A stretch of DNA of 64,000 nt, taken from assembly GCA_018813065.1 (NCBI GenBank), contig JAHJCH010000171.1, forward strand, positions 871 through 64,870, read 5' to 3'. Within the stretch, counting starts at the first letter, position 1. Every line of letters starts with the position of its first letter. Below the pieces are notes generated by a model that worked only from the letters and a program-made list of their open reading frames with translations, was not told the DNA's origin and made no database searches. This DNA is from Myxococcota bacterium (GTDB taxonomy: Bacteria; Myxococcota_A; Bradymonadia; UBA7976; UBA1532). Shown here in pieces: positions 19,101-27,618 of the stretch. Both the position numbers and the translations under genes were made by a program.

Positions 19101-20010
19101 CTCGGGCGGTATCGAGCCGGATCGGCTCACCGTCAAAGACGCGCGGGGGATCATAGACATCGCCGCAGGCGCCGCGCTCGCTGAAGTCCGAGGCCGCCGC
19201 GCAGCCGTCATCATCGGGATAATCGATCTTGCCATCGCGGTCATTATCGAGGCCGTCAAAACACTCAGGCTTAACGCCCTTGTCCAGCTCCTCGCGATCC
19301 CCTGCCCCTGCGCAGCCGGGATCATCGGGATAATCGATCAGCCCATCGCCGTCATCATCGAGGCCGTTGATGCACTCTGGCGGCCTGGGTGGGTCCTCCT
19401 CGCTGGTGTCCCCTGCGGCGCTGCACCCTGGATCGAGGGGGAAGTCCACGACGCCGTCCTCATCATTATCGATGGCGTCGAGGCAAGCGGGCGGGTTGTC
19501 CTCATCCTCATCGCCCTCCTCGGCGTCGGCCACCGAGCTGCACCCTGGATCGATCTCATCGATGGCGCCGTCGCGGTCATTATCGAGGCCGTCATTACAC
19601 TGCGGCGTGACAGGGGGGTTGAACTCATCCTCATCGACGCTCGACGCGCAGCCGGGATCATCGGGGAAGTCGGTGAGATCATCGAAATCGTTATCGATCC
19701 CGTCATTACACTGAGGCGGCTCGCCCTCGTCCGTGTCCTCGCCATCAACGCAGCCTGGATCTTGGAGATCGATGAGGCCGTCGCCGTCATTATCCCGCAG
19801 ATCGCGACAAGCGGGCGCGGGCGCCTCGCTGCCAGCCTCGCCCGCTTGACCGGCGTCGCCGCCACCGCCTGTGAGGCCTACACCGCCACCGCCACCACCG
19901 CCGCCGACGAGGACATCCGCCTCGGCGTCGGGGGCTGAGCCCTCGTCGCTGTCACAGCCCAAGAAGAACAGGGCCGAGAGGGCGATGACCCCAAACCAAC
20001 GCAGCTCCAT
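16159..20010 (-). CDS. giant secreted lipoprotein (1283 aa) with about 17 MopE-type C-x-DG-x-DND-x-DG-x-D...DPGC metal/Ca-binding repeats and three PPC-like beta-sandwich domains
   Basis: Lipobox FFLGCDSD. Gly run GGGGGGGGVGLTGGGGDAG. Repeated 35-40-aa units such as PQCNDGIDNDFDDLTDFPDDPGCASS. Three PPC-like inserts (EISTIGETDVPTTLYLRR...DDYYIFIDGVAGIGGPVELTV, and two more). An about 250-aa unique C-terminal domain. Confidence 0.75.
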   Translation of the reverse strand: MELRWFGVIALSALFFLGCDSDEGSAPDAEADVLVGGGGGGGGVGLTGGGGDAGQAGEAGSEAPAPACRDLRDNDGDGLIDLQDPGCVDGEDTDEGEPPQCNDGIDNDFDDLTDFPDDPGCASSVDEDEFNPPVTPQCNDGLDNDRDGAIDEIDPGCSSVADAEEGDEDEDNPPACLDAIDNDEDGVVDFPLDPGCSAAGDTSEEDPPRPPECINGLDDDGDGLIDYPDDPGCAGAGDREELDKGVKPECFDGLDNDRDGKIDYPDDDGCAAASDFSERGACGDVYDPPRVFDGEPIRLDTARGVFNTNGSCGGRGSPEVAVLYRLTRAVERLEISTIGETDVPTTLYLRRVHCLSTRAEVACQREDQAPLVPGHVLQVADLAPDDYYIFIDGVAGIGGPVELTVTEVPLAECLNRRDDDEDGRVDYPTDPGCESPRDRDERTPSPTPACANDEDDDGDGRVDYPLDPGCLSAASTSELDACGDGVAFHEYFFDDEAVYGETKVTQGATDAHEGSCGGRSKPEVIYYYHNPYNARLTFNTAHPETTTPTTLYIRRACDDAQSELRCDDGSRAGSTNGRFTLEQAAVGDYWIFVDTSVGTGGPFKLTVEVERLDPGCDDGLDNDRDGAIDGDDPGCASREDEDEGDETGVEVACSNGRDDDEDGRIDYPADPGCETLGDDDEADPEAPPACLNGLDDDADGLIDFPWDPGCFAAADDDEIDRRPTPECSNRLDDDRDGLIDFPFDPGCAGMGDRGEGEAVTACSDGEDNDGDGRIDFPWDPGCFAAGHASEVDPAILPACGDGEDNDEDGRVDFPFDPGCTYAADPDEADAPGRPICANERDDDRDGRTDFPDDPGCAYAADTNETNPGPVLPRCADGVDNDWDGLIDLDDLGCGSGEDDDEADPPQTPACVNGIDDDGDGLTDYPADPGCLAPGDLTEESLCREGVTVETLRSDRVEGQTAEGDADQYEASCGGGGQPERVYRYVAAESGTLRVWLDAEGTDHPAILSVRADCESGATTLGCTHVAGEEISAEIEPGEYFIFVDGGAPLALTSLNEAITLPEEPVLIPEGNEPPIQPVEIRHDFEGCNGWNNDGGDAFDCYGDISVIYDGHVSGALDLPEDGEISGAAGDYRFSAHSDFPHPQVWRIQLRPEQPNDPRPVTARLLGNLGSGAVTRVIRGEHVTPLAAFPYVQTHDGPTRDVPALHFMVPSQISELGQIRYNIRDGFDEVEILAQGVHLPLTIYTVVSALTPAQLLPALMADLVEQPSVEGPYHGAFRLHVTQD

Positions 20011-20105
20011 CGGTCACTCCAAACCGTCCGCAGAATCGGGAGAGGATAAGAGATCGCGCCGAGGATTTCATGGTTTCCGGCGCATGAGGGCTCTATCCTG
20101 CCGCT

Positions 20106-21302
20106 ATGTACTGGTTGACCCTCAGCGGGCTTGGCCTCTTGGCCGCCCTGACCCTCATCAACCTCCTCAAGACCTTGAAGGGGGATGATGTCTCCGCCGC
20201 CTGGCGGCTCGACAAGGACAGCCCCCTCGATCCGCTGCCCGAGCCACCGCCGAGCCTCTCCATTGTGATCCCTGCGCGGGACGAAGCGGCCAACATCGAC
20301 GCCTGCCTCACGGCGGCCTTCGCCGTGGACTGGCCGGGCGCCTTGGAGGTCATCGTCTTAGACGATCGCTCCAGCGACGGCACCGGCGAGATCTTGGCGC
20401 GCTGGGCTGCGCGTGAGCCGCGCTTAAAGGTATTGGAGGGCATCGAGCCGCCGCCGGGCTGGATGGGCAAGCCGCACGCCCTACATCGCGCCCAAAGGGC
20501 CGCCTCTGGAGAGTGGCTCCTCTTCCTTGACGCCGACGTCGTCATTGATCCACTTGGGCCGCGCCGCCTGATAGGCCGCGCTTTGGCGCAAGGGGCGGAG
20601 ATGGCCTCGGGCCTAGGCGCCTTAGAAGTGCAGAGCTTCTGGGAGCGTGTGATCCAGACGCGGATGGGGGCGATCATCGCCTTGGGCAACCCGCTGCAAG
20701 AGGTCAACGATCCTGACAAGCCCCAGGCGCTCGCCAACGGCCAATGCCTGCTCTTTACGCGGACCGCCTATGATCGGCTTGGGGGCCACGAGGCCATCTA
20801 CAACAGCGTGCTTGACGACGTGGACTTCGCCAAGCGGGCCAAAGCCGAGGGGGTGTGCTTCCGGCTCTACTTTGCCCCGGCGGTCTTCTCCTGTCGGATG
20901 TACACGGGCCTGGCGGAGATCTGGTCGGGCTGGACGAAGAACCTCTTTCCGGCCCTGGGCTATCGCCTGAGCGTGACGGCGTGGGTAACAACATTTCTCT
21001 TTATTTTCACATTGTTACCCTTTGTGCTTGTGCTCAAAAACGGCATCATCTGGGTCATGGGCGGGGCGATCAACGCGCCGCACCTGATCTTGGAGTTGCT
21101 CACCGCCGGGGCGCTCCTGCTGATGGACGCGGTGGGGCATCACCGCAACGGCTATCGTTGGGGGCTCTTTTGGACCTTCCCATTAGGGATGCTCTTTGTG
21201 TTGTTGATCTTTTTAAACAGCGCATGGCGCATCACTTCGGGGCGCGGGGCGGTCTGGAAGGGTCGCGTGGTGGAGGCAGGGCGCAAGCCCAAGGTGGATT
21301 AG
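20106..21302 (+). CDS. GT2 family glycosyltransferase with C-terminal transmembrane region
   Basis: SIVIPARDEAANI (GT-A N-terminus), DxD-like LDDRSSDG, then four or more hydrophobic helices. Divergent from the giant lipoprotein gene. Confidence 0.7.
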   Translation: MYWLTLSGLGLLAALTLINLLKTLKGDDVSAAWRLDKDSPLDPLPEPPPSLSIVIPARDEAANIDACLTAAFAVDWPGALEVIVLDDRSSDGTGEILARWAAREPRLKVLEGIEPPPGWMGKPHALHRAQRAASGEWLLFLDADVVIDPLGPRRLIGRALAQGAEMASGLGALEVQSFWERVIQTRMGAIIALGNPLQEVNDPDKPQALANGQCLLFTRTAYDRLGGHEAIYNSVLDDVDFAKRAKAEGVCFRLYFAPAVFSCRMYTGLAEIWSGWTKNLFPALGYRLSVTAWVTTFLFIFTLLPFVLVLKNGIIWVMGGAINAPHLILELLTAGALLLMDAVGHHRNGYRWGLFWTFPLGMLFVLLIFLNSAWRITSGRGAVWKGRVVEAGRKPKVD

Positions 21303-21382
21303 GCGTTTTTTAGCTTGGATTAAGTTTGATTAATCATAAAAAAACTTAAAAGAATATGCGAATTGTGTTTGTTCCTGGGGCC

Positions 21383-23170
21383 TTATTTCTTAGTGTCAAC
21401 TTCTCCCTTACCACTGGGCTTAGTGAATGCCTCTGGGCCTCGAATCATGATATAAATCACGTCTCCCATGGCCAGGTACTTGATCGGTCCGGGCTCGGCG
21501 TTTAGTGGAAGAATCTCGCCAGAGATTTTTCCCTTCACAGCGAGTTGATGAACGATGTTATCTCCTGCTTCGTTGTTTAGAATCACTGTTAGTGTGTATC
21601 CATAGGGTTTGTCTTTGGGTTCATCACCAGGCGAAGTGAGCTTCACCAACTCAAAGCGCTGACCACGACGAAGAATAAGCGGCTTGTTCTTGTCGCCAAA
21701 TTCCATCTTGGATTCGATAGCGATTGGGGGAGTGAGAAGCTCGGGCGTTTTGCTGGGGTCGGTCTGCGTGGCCTTGCCCAAAACGAAGTTCAGCACCTTA
21801 ACGAAATTCTCGTGCGCGTAGCGATCCACCTGCACAGAGCGCACGACCCAGGTCGGTGGGCTCTGCGTGGTAATCACCATCTGCGACTCGGCGATTGCCT
21901 TCCTTGTCTTCAGACCTCGTACGCCAATATCCCGCGCCTTGTCCACGAAAGCATTGCTCAGGCGATAGAGTTCAAAGCCGACGGGAACTTCGATGTCACC
22001 CTTCCTTTGCCAGACCATGGAATTCTCGTCGACTTGGTGGTAAGAGCTACTACTTTCATAGTTACCGCTCGCACCAGCCTTGAAAACCCCGAAAACGTTG
22101 GCATTGGCACTGCCGCCAGTTTTCATCGATTCACTGCGTTGCACATCGGATTTTTTTTTCATATCGTCCAAAAAGTTGTTAATTTTACTGGGTTGAAGGC
22201 CATTTTTGGTCAAGTTCTGCGTATCCATCCGGCCCCAAACGTCTTCGTCTTCAAAAAAAATCGTTTCGCCCTTGAAGGCTTCCTGTGTCAGAGCATCGAG
22301 TTGCCTGATGATAGGGTGTGACATGTTGGGGTCGCCCATGATCCGCATTTCTCCCCGAACGTGATTACGTGCGCGGTCGATGATTTCATCAAGCTGCTTG
22401 CGTGTCACGTAGGGCGGTTTTGCTTCTTTAATGTTTCCGGCGATTACTGGACCCTGAACTTCCATTTCATTATGAATTGCCTGGAGAAACTGCGTCTGAA
22501 GTGTAAGGGTCGACTCCCATTCGATGCTTTCTCCGAATACGCGCTGAATGATGCGGAATCGAAGACCACCTTCATCCTGGATCCACTTTATGAACTGCCC
22601 TTTAAGATCCTCGGAAACCAAAGCGTCGATTTCAAGCGTTCTTCCAGAGGGAAAGCGCTCTTCGACAGGTTTAAAACGAATCTCATCTTTAAGGTTTGGC
22701 GTGATGTCTTGGACCTGAACTGATAGGATGTCCGCTGGATTTACGTTAGCTTCGGTGATATTGGGTTTTATCCCGTGGAACCGAAGCTGCTCAGCAATTT
22801 TACTGCGGGTTCCTTGAGGATTTCGAACTAGAGTAAGAACTAGCCTAATTTTACCTGATCCATTTTTATCAAAGGTTGTCTTGACCTCACGGATATCAAC
22901 TTTTCCATTATTATCGAGTGCGAAGTGATACGGTGCGATATAGACCACATTGTCTGGATTGCCGGGCATTTCATAGACCTGGATTTCCAGTCCGTCGATA
23001 CCGACGGTTGCAAGCCATGAACCGACAACACGTGTTTGTGCGGCGAAGTCCTCAATAGGAATTTCATCCTTGGGGGCTCCTTCCTGTGCGCGAAGCGCCG
23101 AACCATCCTGAAAAATGGGGAATGCAAGCGCAAAAGCGCTCAAGTTTTGCCAGAATTGGCTCAGTTTCAT
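21383..23170 (-). CDS. hypothetical secreted protein, no recognisable domain, in low-GC island
   Basis: 595-aa uninterrupted ORF in DNA of about 48-50% GC, against about 70% in flanking DNA. N-terminal signal-peptide-like MKLSQFWQNLSAFALAFPIFQDGSALRA. No known catalytic motif found by eye. Confidence 0.55.
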   Translation of the reverse strand: MKLSQFWQNLSAFALAFPIFQDGSALRAQEGAPKDEIPIEDFAAQTRVVGSWLATVGIDGLEIQVYEMPGNPDNVVYIAPYHFALDNNGKVDIREVKTTFDKNGSGKIRLVLTLVRNPQGTRSKIAEQLRFHGIKPNITEANVNPADILSVQVQDITPNLKDEIRFKPVEERFPSGRTLEIDALVSEDLKGQFIKWIQDEGGLRFRIIQRVFGESIEWESTLTLQTQFLQAIHNEMEVQGPVIAGNIKEAKPPYVTRKQLDEIIDRARNHVRGEMRIMGDPNMSHPIIRQLDALTQEAFKGETIFFEDEDVWGRMDTQNLTKNGLQPSKINNFLDDMKKKSDVQRSESMKTGGSANANVFGVFKAGASGNYESSSSYHQVDENSMVWQRKGDIEVPVGFELYRLSNAFVDKARDIGVRGLKTRKAIAESQMVITTQSPPTWVVRSVQVDRYAHENFVKVLNFVLGKATQTDPSKTPELLTPPIAIESKMEFGDKNKPLILRRGQRFELVKLTSPGDEPKDKPYGYTLTVILNNEAGDNIVHQLAVKGKISGEILPLNAEPGPIKYLAMGDVIYIMIRGPEAFTKPSGKGEVDTKK

Positions 23171-23638
23171 TGATTAGAGTCCCCTTTCGATTTGAATGTG
23201 CCTTTTAAAGGACCTTAAAAATGGCCCTTCGGTATAAGGAGGATAAGGTAACTATAAAGTCCGCCTTAATCAGTCGATTTTTCAACCCTATCCCCGTCAA
23301 AACTTTTTCTGACGAATCGAAGATAGACTTCCCTACTCCCCACTTCAAGCAAAACTCTCGGCCGTGCAGTACTTTGCCATCAACAAACACAATGGATGCG
23401 TCTGCGCAATCGCGGACACAATCATCAACAGTCCGGTCACTTTTTGTAAGCCCTTGAAACTAAAGGTTTCTCATTTCGAGTGAACACGATGGCCATTCTA
23501 ATGATTTCAAGGGGTTACGCGAAGAGGCTGCCCTTGACCCAAAAAAGTGACCGGAGTATTGAACCAGAGCAGTTGGCCAGCCGGAGCAACTGGCCTCCAT
23601 GTGCTCTTTTGGGGCGCCATCTATCCCCGCTGTGGGTG

Positions 23639-24061
23639 CTACTCAGCGCAGGTGTACTCGAAGCGCTGGCTGAGGGCGGGGGACTCACCATCGCTCAACA
23701 GGAAGTCATAACGATCAATCTGTTTGACACGGCCCTCATCGTCATAAGCGATCTCGGTCTTCCTCACGGGTGAGTCTTGATTGAGGAGGTCGAGATCGTA
23801 CTCCTCAAGGATCTCCAACTTGCGGTTCTGATCGTAGCGCATCTGGTAGATCATCGTCGGCTCGTCCGTCCCGTGGGTGGCAAGGTTGTAGCGCTCGCTG
23901 CGACACGCGCCAAAGGCGGCCCCCGCCGAGGACTCGGCGAGCAGCACCTTGAGGCGCGTGACCTCCAGGCGCAGATCGTTGATCTCATTGCTGGACGCCG
24001 TGCCTTGGCCGACGCAGCCCGCCGCGAGCATCAATGGGAGGAGCAGTGTAAGTGATCGCAT
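23639..24061 (-). CDS. small lipoprotein, unknown function
   Basis: Signal peptide plus lipobox LMLAAGC. 140 aa. Lies between the island ORF and the kinase genes. Confidence 0.45.
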   Translation of the reverse strand: MRSLTLLLPLMLAAGCVGQGTASSNEINDLRLEVTRLKVLLAESSAGAAFGACRSERYNLATHGTDEPTMIYQMRYDQNRKLEILEEYDLDLLNQDSPVRKTEIAYDDEGRVKQIDRYDFLLSDGESPALSQRFEYTCAE

Positions 24062-24171
24062 CGGCCCTCACTTGTGGTGTGTTTACGCTGAAAGCCCGCG
24101 GATTATCCGAGGTGCGTCTATCTAACACATGGCGAGGTCTCTCGCTATTTTTTTTAACGGGTTCGCTCGGA

Positions 24172-25173
24172 TCAACTCGCGCCGTATAAATCCGGGCACA
24201 GCTCACGCATATACGTCTCCAGCATCATGATTGTTGGACCATAACCTTTGCGATAAATGTGATACTCAAGGGCCATCGCCAGCTCATCGGTGCTCTCATA
24301 GCGATTTTTAGGGTCTTTATCGAGCATACGAGAGAGCAGCTTGCGCAGACGACGAGAGACAAACTTCGGGAGGGCATCCCAGTCTACCCAGCCCTGAGAT
24401 GCAGCCACAAGCGGGCTTCTAAACCACGGTTTGCGCGCACGTTGCATCGCGAGTAGCTCGAAAAGAACTAATCCAAGCGAGTATTGATCTGATCTATGAT
24501 CTAATACCTGCCCTTTTGCTTGCTCAGGTGACATATAGGCGACTTTGCCCCAGGGCCAACCATTCTCAGATTTAATAAGCATACGATTTGCTGCGGTCGC
24601 GATACCAAAATCACCCAGTTTAGGTAGGCCTTCTGTTGTGATAAGCGTATTATTCGGGCATACATCACGATGTACAATCTTTAGTGATTCACCTTGCGCG
24701 TTGCGCCTCGAATGTGCATGAGCAAGCCCTCTCGCGATTCGACTTACAATAAAGACCGCGAGTTCTTCTCCTAAATGTTTATCTTTGTGTCTTTGGATAA
24801 ATTCAGCGAGAGATAGCCCATGTACATATTCCATCACAATGTAATAGCCGCCCTGGTATCGATTGAGCTGGTATATCTGGATGATATTTTCATGGACAAG
24901 GTTTGCGACTAATTTTGCTTCTGTAACAAATAGAGATACAAAGACTTGGTCATCAGATAGCTTTGGTAAGAGCTGCTTAATGGCAACACGCTTCTCGAAG
25001 CCATTTGCGCCGCAGTGTATTGCTTCGCATACCGTGCCCATACCACCTTGCGCTATTTTTCTGACAATACGATAAGCGCTTTTTTCATTTATCTCACTTT
25101 TAAATTGATGAGATATGTCTTTTAGCTCCGGTGGATTCTGTTCATTTGGGCTCATTGATGACTTATTCTTCAC
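24172..25173 (-). CDS. Ser/Thr protein kinase (Hanks type) with atypical catalytic loop HRDVCPNN
   Basis: Gly loop GGMGTV, VAIK, HRDVCPNN (canonical is HRDLKPxN), DFG, SPE motifs. 333 aa. Reduced GC (about 50%). 11-bp overlap with the upstream kinase gene. Confidence 0.7.
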   Translation of the reverse strand: MKNKSSMSPNEQNPPELKDISHQFKSEINEKSAYRIVRKIAQGGMGTVCEAIHCGANGFEKRVAIKQLLPKLSDDQVFVSLFVTEAKLVANLVHENIIQIYQLNRYQGGYYIVMEYVHGLSLAEFIQRHKDKHLGEELAVFIVSRIARGLAHAHSRRNAQGESLKIVHRDVCPNNTLITTEGLPKLGDFGIATAANRMLIKSENGWPWGKVAYMSPEQAKGQVLDHRSDQYSLGLVLFELLAMQRARKPWFRSPLVAASQGWVDWDALPKFVSRRLRKLLSRMLDKDPKNRYESTDELAMALEYHIYRKGYGPTIMMLETYMRELCPDLYGAS

Positions 25174-26368
25174 TCGATGTGGTCATTTTTACTTTTACAG
25201 GCACTTCTTGTTTGTTTAACTCGTCTTTTTGGGCCATTTTGTAGTTGAAGAATAAAACAATGATTGCAATCAACGCGATCAGAATGACCGCGATGATCTT
25301 AATTCTTAAAAGACGCGATTTCTTCTTGTTCTTTTGGATCAAGAACATAATTGACTCTTGATCAAGGGGCGCGTCGGTCTTCTCTCCTCGCCCAAAGCGC
25401 GCGCCGTCCTCTTGAACCGTGTCGCTCAGCTCATCCACAGGCGGCGGCGTCGGTGGCTTGGGGCGCCGGCTCAGCGCGGCGTTGACCTCGGCGATGGCCT
25501 GGGAGTCTTGGATGATCCGATCGATGGCCTCAAGCATCTCCTTGGCGGTCGGGTAGCGATCATCGGGGTTCACCGCGCAGGCCTTCTTGATCACCTTGCC
25601 CAGCTTGGTCTTGCTCAGCGCCCGGTCGATGGGGATCGGCCTCTGCTTGGCGTCGTAGACGACGATGGGGTTGGGATCGGCGAAGACGCGCTCGCGGATC
25701 AGCGACTCAAGCAGGACGACGCCGATGGCGTAGACGTCGCTCTCGGGGCGAGGCTCGATGAAGTCCTTAAACTGCTCCAGGCCCATGTAGGCAGGGGTGC
25801 CCAAGGCCACGCCGCCCTTGGTGATGTTGTCATAGCCCGTGTCGCGCAGGGCTTCTTGTACCCCGGCGATGCCAAAGTCGAAGACCTTGGCGTTCCGCCG
25901 CACCCCGCTGCCCGAGATCATGATGTTTTGAGGCTTGAGGTCACGGTGGACGATCCCATGGCCGTGGGCCTCGGCGACGGCCTCCAGCACCTGGGAGATC
26001 AAGCGCAGGACCTCCTCGACGCTGAGCGCCTCTTGGCCGAGGAGGATCGACAGCTCTTGGCCCTCGATCAGCTCCAAGGCCATCCAAGGGCCCTCATCAT
26101 AGCCCGCGTCCAGCAGCCCCACGACGTAGGAGCTGCGCAGCTTGCCCAAGAGCGCCATCTCACGCAGGAAGCGCTGCTCTTGCTCCGCCTCGAAGCCCTC
26201 ATAGTCCACATCCGGTAGCGATAGCCGCTTGATCGCCACGATCTGGTTGGTGGATCGCTGCCTGGCCCGATAGACCGCGCCAAACCCGCCTCGGCCCAGC
26301 TCATCCAAGAGCTCATAGCGGTCATTGAGGAGGGCGCGGAGGTTTTCAAGGCTTTCGGGTGCGCTCAT
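25163..26368 (-). CDS. Ser/Thr protein kinase with C-terminal transmembrane anchor
   Basis: GRGGFGAVY, AIK, HRDLKPQNIMI, DFG, and a C-terminal TM helix IIAVILIALIAIIVLFF. Start taken at MSAPESLENL; the ORF track extends to 26455. The last about 70 codons are AT-rich. Confidence 0.7.
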   Translation of the reverse strand: MSAPESLENLRALLNDRYELLDELGRGGFGAVYRARQRSTNQIVAIKRLSLPDVDYEGFEAEQEQRFLREMALLGKLRSSYVVGLLDAGYDEGPWMALELIEGQELSILLGQEALSVEEVLRLISQVLEAVAEAHGHGIVHRDLKPQNIMISGSGVRRNAKVFDFGIAGVQEALRDTGYDNITKGGVALGTPAYMGLEQFKDFIEPRPESDVYAIGVVLLESLIRERVFADPNPIVVYDAKQRPIPIDRALSKTKLGKVIKKACAVNPDDRYPTAKEMLEAIDRIIQDSQAIAEVNAALSRRPKPPTPPPVDELSDTVQEDGARFGRGEKTDAPLDQESIMFLIQKNKKKSRLLRIKIIAVILIALIAIIVLFFNYKMAQKDELNKQEVPVKVKMTTSSEE

Positions 26369-26417
26369 GTCTCGCTCACGGTGATGATCTGCGCGCCAAG
26401 ATAGACCGCCTCGACGC

Positions 26418-27614
26418 TTAAAGCGAGCCCTCGGCGTCGCGCGCCTCCGCCCCAAAGGCCCGCTCCAGCCGCCGCAGCGCCTCCTCCAAGATCGGGCGAC
26501 CCATGCCGACGTTCATGCGCATAAAGCCCAGCCCCTCAGGGCCATATTGTTCGCCTGGGGTGAGCGCCAAGCCCGCCTCATGCAGCGCGCGGCGCTGGAT
26601 CTCGGCGGGAGGCAGCCCCAGTCCGCGCATATCGAGCCACAAGAGGTAGGTCGCCTCGGGCGGCGTCAGCGTGACGCCGGGGAGGCGGGCGCGCGTGAAG
26701 GCCGCCGCGCGCTGAATGTTGCCTCGGAGGTGGTCGATGAGCGCCTGATACCACGCCTCGCCCTCGCGGTAGGCCACCTCCAGGCTCACCAAGCCAAAGA
26801 GGTTGGGGCCGTGGAGGTACTGCGCCTCGATGATCCGCCCCAGCCGCGCTCGCAGCCCCGCGTCGGGGGTGATGGCGTAGGCCGCCATCAAGCCCGGCGT
26901 GTTGAAGGTCTTGCCCGGAGAGGAGAGCGTGACGCTGCGCGCCGCCAACTCGGGGCTGTGATGGGCCACTGGCGTGTGTGGGTGCTCGGCGAAGACCAGA
27001 TCGGCGTGGATCTCATCGCTGACGATGATCAGCTCGTGGGCTTGGGCGATCTCGGCGATGATGTCCAGCTCCGCCGCGCGCCAAACACGCCCCGTGGGGT
27101 TATGCGGGCTGCACAAGAGCAGCAGGCGCGTCGAGGGGGTCAACGCCGCCTCCAAGGCCCCGCGATCCAAGCGGTAGCGCCCCGCCTCCAGGCGCAGCGG
27201 CGCCCTCTGTAGGGTCCGACCATTGCGCGTGATCACGCCCGTGATGGGATCGTAGACCGGCGTAAACGTCACGACGCCCTCGCCGGGCCGCGTCAGGGCC
27301 TGCACGCACAGCGCGAGGCCCTGCACGACGTTGGGCGTCAGCGTGATCCAGTCGCGCGACACCGCCCAGCCGTGGCGCCGCCGCTGCCAGTCGATGATCG
27401 CCGCGTAGATGTCCTCATGGGCCAGCGTGTAGCCATAGATCGGGTGGGCCGCGCGGGCGATCAGCGCCTCGGTCAGCGCGGGCAGCGTCGGCAGGTCCAT
27501 GTCGGCGACCCACAGCGGCAGCGCGTCCTCGACGCCGAACTTGGCGGCGCGTAGATCGTACTTGACGCTGTGGCTGCCCCGCCGATCCACCGGCGCGTTG
27601 AAGTCAAAGCCCAC
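26418..27614 (-). CDS. class I/II aminotransferase, MalY/PatB-type C-S lyase (cystathionine beta-lyase-like)
   Basis: N-terminus MGFDFNAPVDRRGSHSVKYD typical of PatB/MalY. PLP-fold length 398 aa. SxxK-region consistent with the fold. Confidence 0.7.
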   Translation of the reverse strand: MGFDFNAPVDRRGSHSVKYDLRAAKFGVEDALPLWVADMDLPTLPALTEALIARAAHPIYGYTLAHEDIYAAIIDWQRRRHGWAVSRDWITLTPNVVQGLALCVQALTRPGEGVVTFTPVYDPITGVITRNGRTLQRAPLRLEAGRYRLDRGALEAALTPSTRLLLLCSPHNPTGRVWRAAELDIIAEIAQAHELIIVSDEIHADLVFAEHPHTPVAHHSPELAARSVTLSSPGKTFNTPGLMAAYAITPDAGLRARLGRIIEAQYLHGPNLFGLVSLEVAYREGEAWYQALIDHLRGNIQRAAAFTRARLPGVTLTPPEATYLLWLDMRGLGLPPAEIQRRALHEAGLALTPGEQYGPEGLGFMRMNVGMGRPILEEALRRLERAFGAEARDAEGSL

Positions 27615-27618
27615 GCCC

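Noticed and set aside
17110-19938. 330-aa and 536-aa plus-strand ORFs
   Set aside because: Antisense to the MopE-repeat giant gene. Their repetitiveness mirrors the sense-strand repeats.
16159-20010. Regularly spaced DNA repeats that could resemble a CRISPR array or satellite
   Set aside because: Repeats are in-frame coding units of one long ORF with variable spacing. No conserved short direct repeat with unique spacers, and no cas genes.
21303-25330. Integrase, transposase or phage genes in the low-GC island
   Set aside because: None of the ORFs shows recombinase or transposase motifs. No flanking direct repeats found by eye. Mobile origin remains unproven.
25358-26218. 286-aa plus-strand ORF
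   Set aside because: Antisense to the Ser/Thr kinase gene.
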